Position numbers and translations under genes: made by a program
Shown: positions 31,838 through 43,110 of the stretch, piece after piece
Numbering within the stretch: position 1 is the stretch's first letter
Layout: every line of letters begins with the position of its first letter
The notes under the pieces: generated by a model
The model's database searches: none
What the model was told of the DNA's origin: nothing
What the model saw: the letters and a program-made list of their open reading frames with translations, nothing else
Source of the DNA: Naegleria gruberi
Taxonomy: Eukaryota
Direction: 5' to 3' (one strand)
DNA: 64,000 bases
Assembly: GCA_000004985.1 (NCBI GenBank)
Contig: GG738853.1

Positions 31838-34800
31838 ATGAAAGATAATACTTGGTTCACAACAAGTCTTATCATTCAACTCTTTATATTGTTATTAATA
31901 TGTGTCAGTAGTAGTGATGTAATAACATCAGTCAATGGTCAAACAATTCAAGATGATATTTATATTGTTCCAATTCCAAAAGTAGTAACACCTGAATATG
32001 GATCACTTTCATTAACCCCACAAGTTTATTATTTTAATTCATCATATTCATCCAGTTCATTACAATATTTATATTCCATGTCAGATGGTTCAACATTGAA
32101 AAGTGGCATGTCATTCACATCAAATGGTTTATTTACATTTTATCCAAATCCATCACAAATTGGTCAATTTAATATATTAAGAAATGTATCATATTATAAT
32201 AGTGATAACAAGTTTACAATAATTTCACACACCATTACAATTCAAGTAATTTCATCACCTTCCAATAATGGTAATCAATTACAATTATTATTTTCAGATA
32301 ATTTCACATTTAATTTATCAAATTGGAATTTAATTGATGGAACAATGAAATTACAATCAAATCAATTAAATTTATTCCAAAATAATACAATTTTAACAAG
32401 TGTTAAATATTTTGATATTTTTAATAATAATAATAATGGTTTAACTTTTACTTTTAATTTATTAACTTCATGGACTTCTACAAGAGGTATATTACTATAT
32501 ATAGATAAATTGAATTATTATGAAATTAATTTATCAAATTCACCTTTAACTATTAAACGTTATTTAAATGGTGAATTAACAATTGTATTACAAAGTACTA
32601 AATTATTACAAGTTCATACTTCAAATTATTATTCAAGTTATAAATTATTTTTACAATTTACTAAAAATGGAATTTTAATCAATTTGGCTAAAATTGGAAC
32701 ATTATCAAGTGATTATTATTTAAATGTAATTGATAATTTTACTAATATGGAATTATTTAAAAATATTAAATTTGGATTTTTTGATAAAAGTGCATCTTCA
32801 CCAACTGTGTCCACTTTTAAAGTTTTACAATTTCAAGTTTTTAATGGAAAATTAATTCACACCAGACAAGCACAAACTTATCATGTTGATGCAACTAATG
32901 GAAATGATTTAAATGATGGGTTAACAAAATCAACTGCTTTAAAAACATTAAATACAGCTCAATATCAATTATTACCTGATGATACTTTACTAGTTTATGA
33001 TTCTATTTATAGAGAAAGTTTCCAAATTAATAGAGAAGCATCAATTTATCATCCAATTACAATTAAAGCAGTTAATCAACCAACTACTACAACTACCACA
33101 TTTACAACAACACCATATACTCATACATCAATTATTGATGGTTCACTTGTATTAGATAATTCTAAATTAACTAAAATTAGTAATAGTAACATTTATCAAA
33201 CCTATATTAAATTTACACCAGATGTAGTTTATTTAAATGGTGTGAAAATGAGTTTAGCAATGAAACCACTTCCAGCTGATTTACAAGATGAATATTTTAC
33301 AGATAATTATATTCATCCATTAAATAATTCAAAATTTCATCTGATAATTTATTAATTTATTTAAAATTAGATGAAATGTTTAAATATGATTCATTTGGTA
33401 ATAGAGTTTCAGATAATTATTGGAATGGTGCTGATTTATATCATTATTATTATGGAGCTAATATTGTTTTCACACGTAGAATTTTATCTTACAATGCATC
33501 AACCAATACTATTGGAATGGAATATAGAGATTCTATATGGGGACAATTAATTATTTCAACAAGTGATTTCTATGCTATTGGTAATCATGTTGGTTGTTTT
33601 TCACAAGCTAATCAATATGTTTCCTCTAATAATCAAATATCAGTTTCATTGAGTAGTGATCCATATTATATTCAATCTAATTCTCTATTATTAGAAGTAT
33701 CATCTCTCTCGAATGGTATTAAATTTACAAATGGAATGGAAGGTATTAGAGTTCAAGGATTAATGATTAGAAAATTCACAAGTGATGGAATTCAATGTTC
33801 TTCTCAATGTAATAATATTGTTCAACTAAATATAATGGTGGATCAGGTGTCAGTTTCACATCCTCTCAAAACATACTCATTGATGGAGGTGAACATTCAC
33901 AAAATTTCAATAATGGAATTAATTTTGGAGGTGGAATGAAAGATTCAACTATTGAAAATTCCTACGTTCATGAAAATGTCAATAATGGTATTTGGGTAGG
34001 TAATGGTGGTTCCAATCTATTCTATTGTTGGAATATTCTATTAAAATCTAATAAGGTTGGACCACATTTTAGTCAACGTCTCCATCCAGATAATATTCAA
34101 TTAGCTAGTTCACATAATGTAACATTAGATTCTAATATTCTCATTCAATCAGGTGGTGATCAAAATATGTGGATGGAACAAAATGGTCTCGTCACATTTA
34201 AAAGAAATATTTTCATTAATGGACCACTTGGTTTAAATCATGCATTGAATTTAGTATTAATTAATAATATATTTTATCAATCATGGATGAGATATTCATT
34301 TAAATTTGAAAATTATGTTACTTATAGTTCACTTGTTGGTTTACAAAGTGTTTTAGATTGGAATCAAATGTTTAATAGTTTAAATAGTAGTACTACTACC
34401 ATTAATGGAAATGATTTACCTAATATACTTGTTTGGAAAGATTTAAATTTACAAATATCAAATAGAATTAAATCATATTCATCTTTTAATTTATTAACTA
34501 ATTCAGATAAAAATGATTTAATTAATCATTTAAATAATATTATTAATAATACTTTATTTATGAAAGAACATAAAGATTTAGTATTACCTTTATTAGGAAA
34601 ATCAAATGTTGCATATCCATATTGGACTGCAATTACTAAACGTGGATTATTAGATAATTCAACAGGTCAATTCAATTTAATGACAAGTGACATTTCAATC
34701 ATTGAAGAAGTTAGAGGTTTAACACGTGCTATTTTAGATGAATTAGTTTTTGATGGAATTTTATCAAAATCTTTAATGACATTTTATCCAAGAATTGTTT

Positions 34801-35336
34801 CAATTAAGAATAATGCATTTATTAATTCAAATTTACAATTACCAAATTCATCTTATAGTTTATTACCATATTGGGATTCAGATTTTAATTATATTGAACA
34901 AGGAACACCTTATCATGCAAATATTTGGAAAACATTGACTGGACCTAATACTATATTTGAAACATCATTGACCAATACTACTTTCTATTTTAAGAATATG
35001 ACATTGTATGATTTCCATTTAAATTGTAATAATCAAAATATTTCATTAATTGATAGAGGAATTAATGTTGGTGAATTTTATAATGATAAAGCACCTGACA
35101 TTGGTGCCTATGAATCTAATTGTAATAATAATAATTTAAATCCACAACCATCATCAACAACAAAACCTTCAACATCTGTAAATTCACCACAACCATCAAA
35201 ATCACCACAACCAAATAATTCAAAAATTGTTTCACTTGGTTCATCAATTAATGTTGGAGGAGGTATTGGTAGTGGTTTAATATTGATTGGATGGATAATG
35301 GTGATGATGGTTGTTGTACTCAACACAATGTTTTAA
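31838..35336 (+). CDS. large secreted/membrane-anchored right-handed parallel beta-helix protein; reading frame interrupted twice
   Basis: The start reads MKDNTWFTTSLIIQLFILLLICVSS, a signal-like sequence. The mid-region has the bacterial-style entry motif YHVDATNGNDLNDGLTKSTALKTLNTAQ...DTLLVYDSIYRESFQI. Beta-helix turns follow (NGGSGVSFTSSQNILIDGG..NNGINFGGGMKDSTIENSYVHENVNNGIWVGNGG), then a P/S-rich stalk and a C-terminal TM segment. The frame changes within 33328..33355 and within 33816..33835, with no GT-AG intron available at either site. Confidence 0.6.
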
Positions 35337-35704
35337 TAAATTTATTGTTCTAATCCAAAAATGTTTGATTTTCCACAAAAGTAAATACTAATAATTTAGA
35401 AATTTTGTAAAGTTAATCTCAATCAAGAAGTGTAATCTATGTTCATCCAATATATATGCCTAACCAATCAACAAGATTATCAATCTGATGATCATTCAAT
35501 AAGTATCTTCTCCACAATGTATGGTCACTTCAGGGTATCTATTGATTTTTTTTTCTTATTGGTTTATTTTATCAAAATTTCCAATAATAGACCACAGCCA
35601 TCTAAAAAGGATGATAATCTGTTTTTGTTCTTGAGAAAAAAACTGTTAAGCCGTCTCTTTGAAAACCAAATAGAAAAAAATCACATTATATTCTGTATCA
35701 TAAA

Positions 35705-37176
35705 ATGTCTGTCGTCGTTCCAAAGGATGTTCCTACATTGGGTATTTTAGTTGGTGGTGGTCCAGCCCCAGGTATGTATTCTGTGTTGTATTCATAAATA
35801 ATAATAGTTGTGATGATTTTAATGTCATGATGATGCTGATGTAAATTTAACCTTACATACAAAATTTTGATCATTTCTATTATGATGTATTTCCGTGATT
35901 CCTATGATGATTAATATTTCCTATTAACAATTGAATAATCATTTACATATCTTTTAATTTAGGTATTAACGGAGTTATCAGTTCTGTTACTATTGAAGCA
36001 ATTAATAATGGATATCGTGTTTTGGGATTCTTGGAAGGTTTTAATTATTTGATTGCTCAAGATGATTCTAAAATTGTTGAATTGACCATTGATGCAGTTT
36101 CTCGTATTCACTTTGAAGGTGGAAGTATTTTGAAGACTTCACGTGCTAATCCAACTAAGAAGGCTGAAGATTTGACCAAGTGTGTCAAACAATTACAAAA
36201 ATTCAATGTTTCTCTTTTAGTTACAATTGGTGGTGATGATACTGCATTCAGTAGTATGAGTATTGCTAAGGCTGCTAATAATGAAATTCACGTTTGTCAC
36301 GTTCCAAAGACTATTGATAACGATTTACCATTGCCATATGGTATTCCAACATTTGGTTATGAAACTGCTCGTGAATTTGGTGCTTCTGTTGTTCGTAGTT
36401 TAATGTCAGATGCTCAAACTGCTTCACGTTATTTCATTGTTGTTGCTATGGGTAGACAAGCTGGTCATTTGGCTTTGGGTATTGGTAAATCTGCTGGTGC
36501 TCATTTAACTTTAATTCCAGAAGAATTCACCAATGAAGCTGGTGAAATTCAAGTTACTTTTAAGAGAATTTGTGATCTTATTGAATCAAGTATTATTAAG
36601 AGATTAGCTTTGGGTAAAGATCATGGTGTCATTATCTTGGCTGAAGGTTTATTGGAATACATGTCAACTGAAGAATTGAAACAAGCATTCGGAAATCAAT
36701 TGAAATATGATGCTCACGATCACATTATGTTGGCTGAATTGGATTTCGGACGTCTTGTTCGTGATGAAATGAGAGATCGTGTCTCTAAACGTGGATTGAA
36801 ATTTGCTTTCACTGAAAAGAATTTGGGTTATGAATTGAGATGTGTTTCTCCAAATGCTTTTGATCGTGAATATACTCGTGATTTGGGTAATGGCGCTGCT
36901 CGTTATTTATTATCTGGTGGTAATGGTGCTTTGATTAGTGTTCAAGGTGATAAGATGGTTCCAATGAATTTCGAAGATTTGAAGAATCCAAAGACTGGTA
37001 AGACTCGTACTCGTCAAGTTGATATTAAGAGTGAAGGTTTCCAAGTTGCTAAGAGATATATGATTCGTTTGACTTCTAAGGATTTGAATGATCAAGAATT
37101 CCTTGCTCGTTTGGCTCAAGCTGCCAAGATGTCTGTAACTGAATTTGTTGAAACTTATGGATATTTGGTTCAATAA
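35705..37176 (+). CDS. pfp: phosphofructokinase, predicted pyrophosphate-dependent type (exons 35705..35771, 35963..37176)
   Basis: Exon 1 (MSVVVPKDVPTLGILVGGGPAPG) ends at G|GTATGT. The acceptor AG is at 35961-35962 in phase 1 (191-nt intron), and the sequence continues INGVISSVTIEAINNGYRVLGF. The PFK motifs TIGGDDTAFS and VPKTIDNDL are present. The product is ~426 aa. Confidence 0.88.
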
Positions 37177-37353
37177 TTTGAATAACTTGTAAATAATAAT
37201 AATAATAACAATCAATAACATTTGAAACTCTCTTTTAATTCATAAATTGGTCAATCGATTAAGAACAATGAATCCAATTAAAAACGTTTTAAACAATTCA
37301 ACAGTTAGAAAATTCCCGCCATCCCGCAACCAAACTTTTGAAAAAATAAAAAA

Positions 37354-40300
37354 ATGCAAACAAACGAAGGCTCGGGATCAGAAATGTCTTCTTCCTCATC
37401 ATCAACATCATCCGCTGCCCAACAACAACTGCAGCAACAAGAACAACAATATAACGAACAAGGTGAAGATTTTCCTTCTCTTTTTATTCGTGCTGCTTCC
37501 TTCTCCTCTTCATCAGAGTCTGACGACATAATTCCTAATCATCAACAACATACCACCCAACCAATCAAAACATATGAATCCAAGATTAATTATGAACATC
37601 AAATGGTAATTGATAATGAAGAATCGGAATTAAACTTATCGCCAAGGAGAAGTTCTAGAAAGAAAACGCCAAAAAAACAATTCAGTCCAACCCACAAAGA
37701 GCAATCTGATAAAAAAACTACACCTTCTAAAATACAGATTCCACCATCACCAATACAATCACAAGTTATTCAACATGATTATCCATTTGGAGAACCTTGG
37801 ACACAAGAAGAACTTTCAACTTTTTTAGAAGGGTTCAACAAGTATAAAACTGATTGGGGTATGATCAAACCACTTTTACCAAGTAGAAGTGTTTCTATGA
37901 TTAATTCACTTTACGAAACTCACAAAAGATTTATTGAAGCAGACTGTGGTTTAGATGTGAAAAAATTACAATTTCATGATATTCACTTGGATTACATATC
38001 ATTCAAACAACAACAAATGATTCCATCTCCTCAACCACAACAATTCCAACAACTTCCACCACAACCTATTCCACCAAGAGCAAAGAATTCTGCTAGAAAA
38101 CGTTTGCAAGATGAATTTGATGCCATCTCATCACCTAAGAAGAAAGGTTCACCAAGACAACGTTTTTCAAAAACCTCTAAAATAATACCTACCACCAGTA
38201 ATTCAAATACCCTAATTCCAAACTTTAAAAGAAAACAAAAAATAATAATGGAACAATTACCACTTGAAGTAATTGAATCATTCCAATCAGATTCAGATAC
38301 TGTAACATTAACAAGCTCTCAAAGTTCTCTTTCTGTTTCAAATACTGAAAGTCAACCAACTTCACCACCTCCACCACAATCCCTTCAATCTCCATTATCA
38401 CCAACAAGTGATCTTTCCTCTTTCACAGCAGCTATTGGAATGTTATCACCTGATAGTAAAAAGAATTATGAAAAGAACAAAATGTTACCAATCAAACTAA
38501 GAAAGAAGGGTACTCACGGTAATCCTTTGCTAAAATATATTCAAATTGCTAATGGAGATCAAAATGATACAGAATTGTTAGAATCAGCTCAAAATGCTGG
38601 AATGAAAATTGTAAAAATACTATCAAGAAAGAAAACAAGAACATTTTGCTCAAGTGAATGGTTTTACCCAACGATAGACTTTGGATTTTTCGAAAAGAAT
38701 GAATTTTTGGAATGCTTATCTTGCTTGGATGAACCATATAGAAATAGAAAATCCTTTAAAAAATCAGAACTTAAAGGTTTAAGAGCAGAAATGTGTAAAA
38801 AGTTTGGTAAACCAAGAAGATTTTCTCAAGCTTATTTAAAACAAGAAAGAGCCAAGCTGGAAATGAATAGAAGTTTTGCTAGAGAATACTATCAAAAGTT
38901 TAAACAAGTATATCAACTCTCTCAAGATAATCAACCATTTGTTCCTCCTCCAGTCATTATGGACTACCCACTTGTATCTGAACTTCAATTTATTGAAAGA
39001 TTGGCTGCTCCATTTAAAAAGAACGATCAAGTTTTGGTTTTAAATCCAGAAACCCAACATGTACAACTTGCTACAATAATGGATGATATTCCTCATTCAA
39101 AAACAGATTATAGAGTTAAATTTTTATACACTAAAGAGGAACGTATAGTCCAAGATACAGAAATTATGCAATTAGGAACTGTTTCAGTATTACCAGTTCA
39201 AAGAAGAGTACCAGAAATGTTCAGACCTGTCATTCAAGATGGAATTCTCCCACCACAAACTCCACCAAGAAAAAGCAATTATAGTTTCCTCTCAGGTGAT
39301 AATAATTTGAACAATAGTATGTTATCTGCATCCTCACCACATTCCCCATTCTTTTCGAATAATCATCCAATTTTCCAAAGTCCTCCGTCATCAGCCAATG
39401 ATATTCATGATAATGGGGCTTCATTACAAACCCCAACAAAGAAACAAAAACTGGATGGTGGGTTAATGTCACCAAGTAATATATTTGCAAGTCCAAATAT
39501 GGAGAGTCATGAATTTTCTAATCCATTATCCTCTCCACAACACGGATTTGCTCAAAATCAACCACCTCCAGTTATGGCTACTGGTATTGTTGATCTTTCA
39601 AATCCATCTCAAGAAGTTGTTAGAAATATTTCCAAATGCATATTTTTATTAAGAAAGAAACATGAACACATGGTATTATTTAAAAATTTGAATGAAAAGG
39701 CGAGACATGCCATGATGAAACACTCTTTAGCTATGGCCTCATCTAATACATCAGAAGAAGGATCAAGCTCTTCTGTGACTCCAATAATATTTCAAAAATC
39801 ATTCTGTATTGAATATACCAAATTGGTACTTGATTTGAGTAAGATTAATAATGAATTGGAAGTTTTATTACCTCAAGTTAGAAGCTACAGTTCAACTCCA
39901 AATTATGCAACAACTAATTATCCTATCCATAGTATTTTTTCTCAATCAATCACAAAACAATCAACTTTCCTTTTCCAAAAACAAACAAATGGACCAGCAA
40001 GACAACAAATGTGTCAAGATATATTTGAGTCAAATAGAAATCATGCTAAAGATATTGTAAATTGTGTAATGGCTCAATTATTAACACAACTTCCATCCAC
40101 TACCTCTGAAAATGGTAAAACACTTTCATCAAATGTTATACAAACATGTCATGGAAAGATTGGAGATTGTATTGCTTTACTATTGCATTTAAGAGCTTGT
40201 AGTATTAATCTTGGTATTTTAGAAAATAATGATATTGATCTAATGCTTGATGCTGGTTTAATGGCATTGAAAGAACCAAATCAATCTGATGAAATATCTC

Positions 40301-40356
40301 AATATATTACTTTCATCAAGGATACTTTCTTGAGGACAAGAAATGATGAACAATAA
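37354..40356 (+). CDS. LIN9: LIN-9 / ALWAYS EARLY family protein (SANT/Myb-like + DIRP domain; MuvB/DREAM core subunit)
   Basis: A SANT-like segment reads EPWTQEELSTFLEGFNKYKTDWGMI...MINSLYETHKRF. A DIRP-like segment reads SSEWFYPTIDFGFFEKNEFLECL...LKGLRAEMCKKFGKPRRFSQAYLKQERAKLE. The flanks are long and low-complexity. Confidence 0.72.
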   Translation: MQTNEGSGSEMSSSSSSTSSAAQQQLQQQEQQYNEQGEDFPSLFIRAASFSSSSESDDIIPNHQQHTTQPIKTYESKINYEHQMVIDNEESELNLSPRRSSRKKTPKKQFSPTHKEQSDKKTTPSKIQIPPSPIQSQVIQHDYPFGEPWTQEELSTFLEGFNKYKTDWGMIKPLLPSRSVSMINSLYETHKRFIEADCGLDVKKLQFHDIHLDYISFKQQQMIPSPQPQQFQQLPPQPIPPRAKNSARKRLQDEFDAISSPKKKGSPRQRFSKTSKIIPTTSNSNTLIPNFKRKQKIIMEQLPLEVIESFQSDSDTVTLTSSQSSLSVSNTESQPTSPPPPQSLQSPLSPTSDLSSFTAAIGMLSPDSKKNYEKNKMLPIKLRKKGTHGNPLLKYIQIANGDQNDTELLESAQNAGMKIVKILSRKKTRTFCSSEWFYPTIDFGFFEKNEFLECLSCLDEPYRNRKSFKKSELKGLRAEMCKKFGKPRRFSQAYLKQERAKLEMNRSFAREYYQKFKQVYQLSQDNQPFVPPPVIMDYPLVSELQFIERLAAPFKKNDQVLVLNPETQHVQLATIMDDIPHSKTDYRVKFLYTKEERIVQDTEIMQLGTVSVLPVQRRVPEMFRPVIQDGILPPQTPPRKSNYSFLSGDNNLNNSMLSASSPHSPFFSNNHPIFQSPPSSANDIHDNGASLQTPTKKQKLDGGLMSPSNIFASPNMESHEFSNPLSSPQHGFAQNQPPPVMATGIVDLSNPSQEVVRNISKCIFLLRKKHEHMVLFKNLNEKARHAMMKHSLAMASSNTSEEGSSSSVTPIIFQKSFCIEYTKLVLDLSKINNELEVLLPQVRSYSSTPNYATTNYPIHSIFSQSITKQSTFLFQKQTNGPARQQMCQDIFESNRNHAKDIVNCVMAQLLTQLPSTTSENGKTLSSNVIQTCHGKIGDCIALLLHLRACSINLGILENNDIDLMLDAGLMALKEPNQSDEISQYITFIKDTFLRTRNDEQ

Positions 40357-40471
40357 AAATTTGATGTCTTTTTAATTCTCTTCCCGCCATTTTAAAAAAT
40401 AACTGTTTTCTAAATTACAACTTTCAGCGCCAAAATTTTAATTTAGCTTTAAAAAAAAATTAAGGGTCTGA

Positions 40472-42607
40472 ATGTCATCATCATCTTCGTCAAGTAGAGA
40501 AGGGAAAATTAAGAAAAGCCTTCCACCTAAGATACACCAATCTCCAAATAGCAGCAGCAGTAGCAGTAGCAGCTATGGTAGTGATGATAGTTTTACTACA
40601 AATTCATCACTAGTAACTTCTAGTTTGGCTGCAGATTCGGAAGAAATTAATTATGCTGCTAATACATCAACAAGTCATTTGACAACAACACACCGTTCCG
40701 GAAGTGGATCTGATTCTGATTCTGAATTTCTACCATCTTCAAAACCACAAATTCCACCTTCAAATAAGAATATTTTCAATCCACCTTCATCAATATCATC
40801 TGAAAAACCACCTTTACATTATGTTCATAAGCATTACCATCACTATACTGATACAAGCCAAAATTCAAAATTATCTGGAGCTTCACAATCCTTGAGATCA
40901 TCTGTTTCCACCTCAACTAGTTCTTCCTCAAAGATTCATCAAACAAATATTGATAGTATATCCTCATCATCTCTTTCTTCTTCTTCAAGGAGAATGGGAC
41001 AAGGAGTAGCGCCACCATCTTCAACTTTATCAAGTACAATTCTTACAAATACCACGGCTGCCTCGCCACCAATGCAACACGACAGTAAAGCTATTTTGTC
41101 TGCTCTTCAGTCACTGCAAGAAAAGATCAAAACATTGCAAACAAGAGTTGATGAATTGGAAAGAGAAAAAGTTGAACAAAGGCATAGATATGAACAGGAA
41201 CTGTTTTCACTCAAAATGAAGTTAGAAAGTGAAAGAGATTCCTACAAGGAACAATTGGATATCACTCGTACTGAATGTAAAAGATATAGTGATAAATTGA
41301 CTGAAACTGAAAAGGAGCTAACTCAATGTAAAGATTCTAGAAGAGAAATCAGTACCAATAATAGTAAATCTCAACAGAGAACTCTTGAGCTTGAAAGAAA
41401 ATCCAATACACTTGAAACAGAATTGCTAGATCTTAAAGAAAATCACTCTAGGTTGAATAATCTTTATGAACAATCTTTGAATAAGATTGAAGAACTCCAA
41501 TCTAATTTGGTTAAATATCATAGAAGAAAGGAGAGATTAGAAGTTGAAAAGAAAGAGCTTGATACTGCTCTTAAGGAAATGATTGACCTTCACCAACAAT
41601 TTGTTAATCAAACACTAGGAGAACAAACTACTCAAAACCATATGTCTTCATCTCAACACATTCATCATCAACAACAACAATATGTTTCAAATAATCATCA
41701 CAATCATGTCCATAATTCAAACACTATCAAATCATCTCCTATGGTTCAACAACCAGCTATAATACCACAACAAACAATAAGCCCACCACCTAGATCATCC
41801 TCCCCAACAATGGATAAGAAAAAGAAGAAGTTAGCAAGCTTGGCACGTCCTAAATCTGCTGGTGTTCTCCAACCAACAATAAGCTCTTCAAGAAAGAAAA
41901 GAAGAGAACAAACTTCTAAGAGAATGACAGCTGTTCACTACTCAACCAATCAAATTCCTGTGAGTAGTTCCGCCCAACAACAACTACAACAACCATATGT
42001 TAATCAATCTGCTACAAATATAATTTCTAAGCTTTCCTTAAATAAGAACCTTCATGAGAGACTTAAAAAGTCCAATAACAATACTGCACCACCTTTCTTG
42101 CCTAATAGCTTTAACAGCAATTCTAGGACCTTCCACGCTGCAGGACAAGCTCAGAATCTTCTAAGCACAACAGTTGGAATTGGTAAAAAAGAATCCACAA
42201 ATTATTACGGAGCCAACGAACACGCTCAGGACAGAGAGCATATTCAAGTTCTGAGAGAGGTTGATGCATTCAACAGTGGTGAAGAAATAAGGGATTGTAT
42301 CGCTCAACTCGAAGAAGAATATTTACAATCTCAGGAACAGTACAAGCTCTACTTGAGTAAGCTGTCTGAACCAGAAGTGAATATTGATTTTGTCAAGGAA
42401 CAACTCAAATATTTGACAGAGTCAATGGATAGAAAGAATAAGCAACTGAATACTTTGAAGACTTATCATTTGAGTGTTTGCGAAAGAATTCGAGATGCAA
42501 CATCACCACCAAAAATTAGGGGTAGTGAAAAGAGAGTTCAAGCTCTTCGATTGTTTAATGACTTGAGAAAATTACAACAGCAAGGAACTGTTGCAAATCA
42601 CTGCTAG
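40472..42607 (+). CDS. CEP57: CEP57-like coiled-coil protein
   Basis: SKAILSALQSLQEKIKTLQTRVDELEREK resembles the CEP57 centrosome-localisation domain. The C-terminal IAQLEEEYLQSQEQYKLYL...MDRKNKQLNTLK resembles its microtubule-binding region. The remainder is Ser-rich and low-complexity. Confidence 0.55.
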   Translation: MSSSSSSSREGKIKKSLPPKIHQSPNSSSSSSSSYGSDDSFTTNSSLVTSSLAADSEEINYAANTSTSHLTTTHRSGSGSDSDSEFLPSSKPQIPPSNKNIFNPPSSISSEKPPLHYVHKHYHHYTDTSQNSKLSGASQSLRSSVSTSTSSSSKIHQTNIDSISSSSLSSSSRRMGQGVAPPSSTLSSTILTNTTAASPPMQHDSKAILSALQSLQEKIKTLQTRVDELEREKVEQRHRYEQELFSLKMKLESERDSYKEQLDITRTECKRYSDKLTETEKELTQCKDSRREISTNNSKSQQRTLELERKSNTLETELLDLKENHSRLNNLYEQSLNKIEELQSNLVKYHRRKERLEVEKKELDTALKEMIDLHQQFVNQTLGEQTTQNHMSSSQHIHHQQQQYVSNNHHNHVHNSNTIKSSPMVQQPAIIPQQTISPPPRSSSPTMDKKKKKLASLARPKSAGVLQPTISSSRKKRREQTSKRMTAVHYSTNQIPVSSSAQQQLQQPYVNQSATNIISKLSLNKNLHERLKKSNNNTAPPFLPNSFNSNSRTFHAAGQAQNLLSTTVGIGKKESTNYYGANEHAQDREHIQVLREVDAFNSGEEIRDCIAQLEEEYLQSQEQYKLYLSKLSEPEVNIDFVKEQLKYLTESMDRKNKQLNTLKTYHLSVCERIRDATSPPKIRGSEKRVQALRLFNDLRKLQQQGTVANHC

Positions 42608-42723
42608 TCAATGTATATCATCTATCAATGTTCAAGAGAGAACTTTAAATAAAGAAAGCATTTAAAAATTTACAACCTTGTAAATATTTCAATGGTTATC
42701 AAGTCTTCTATGCATTCAAGTAT

Positions 42724-42764
42724 AGATGTAAAAACGTTCAGCAGCTGCTAACGTTTTTACATCT
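42724..42764. repeat. 41-nt near-perfect palindrome in the 3' region of the CEP57-like gene
   Basis: The sequence is AGATGTAAAAACGTT-C-AGCAGCTGCT-AACGTTTTTACATCT. It has 15-bp outer arms and a self-complementary 10-nt core, with a single unpaired C. Confidence 0.85.
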
Positions 42765-43110
42765 GTGTTGTATCTCCCATCCTTCTCTCTCACTATTATC
42801 TAATATCTGAAAAGGACATCAAAAGAGTCATTTTTGGCTCCTAGCCTTAGTTTTATTTAAAAAAATAGCTCTACTACAGCATCAGCAGGTTTTTTTGAGC
42901 ACCAGCTACAACAAACTAGTACAAAACCTTCCTAACTTTCTCTAACTCTAAATTGTACAAAGTATGTAATATTATTAATTTAATAGTAGTGATTGTAATG
43001 ATTATCTTTATATTCCGTTATTTAAATAATTTTGCACTTCATCTTTTTCATCATCATTAATACAACAACAATAATAATAACAATAACAACAATAATAACA
43101 AAACAATAGA

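Noticed and set aside
35439-35750. ORF 35439..35750 (plus) upstream of and overlapping the PFK start
   Set aside because: It is in a different frame from the PFK exon 1 (ATG at 35705). Its product is low-complexity, and the PFK model with a 191-nt intron explains the region.
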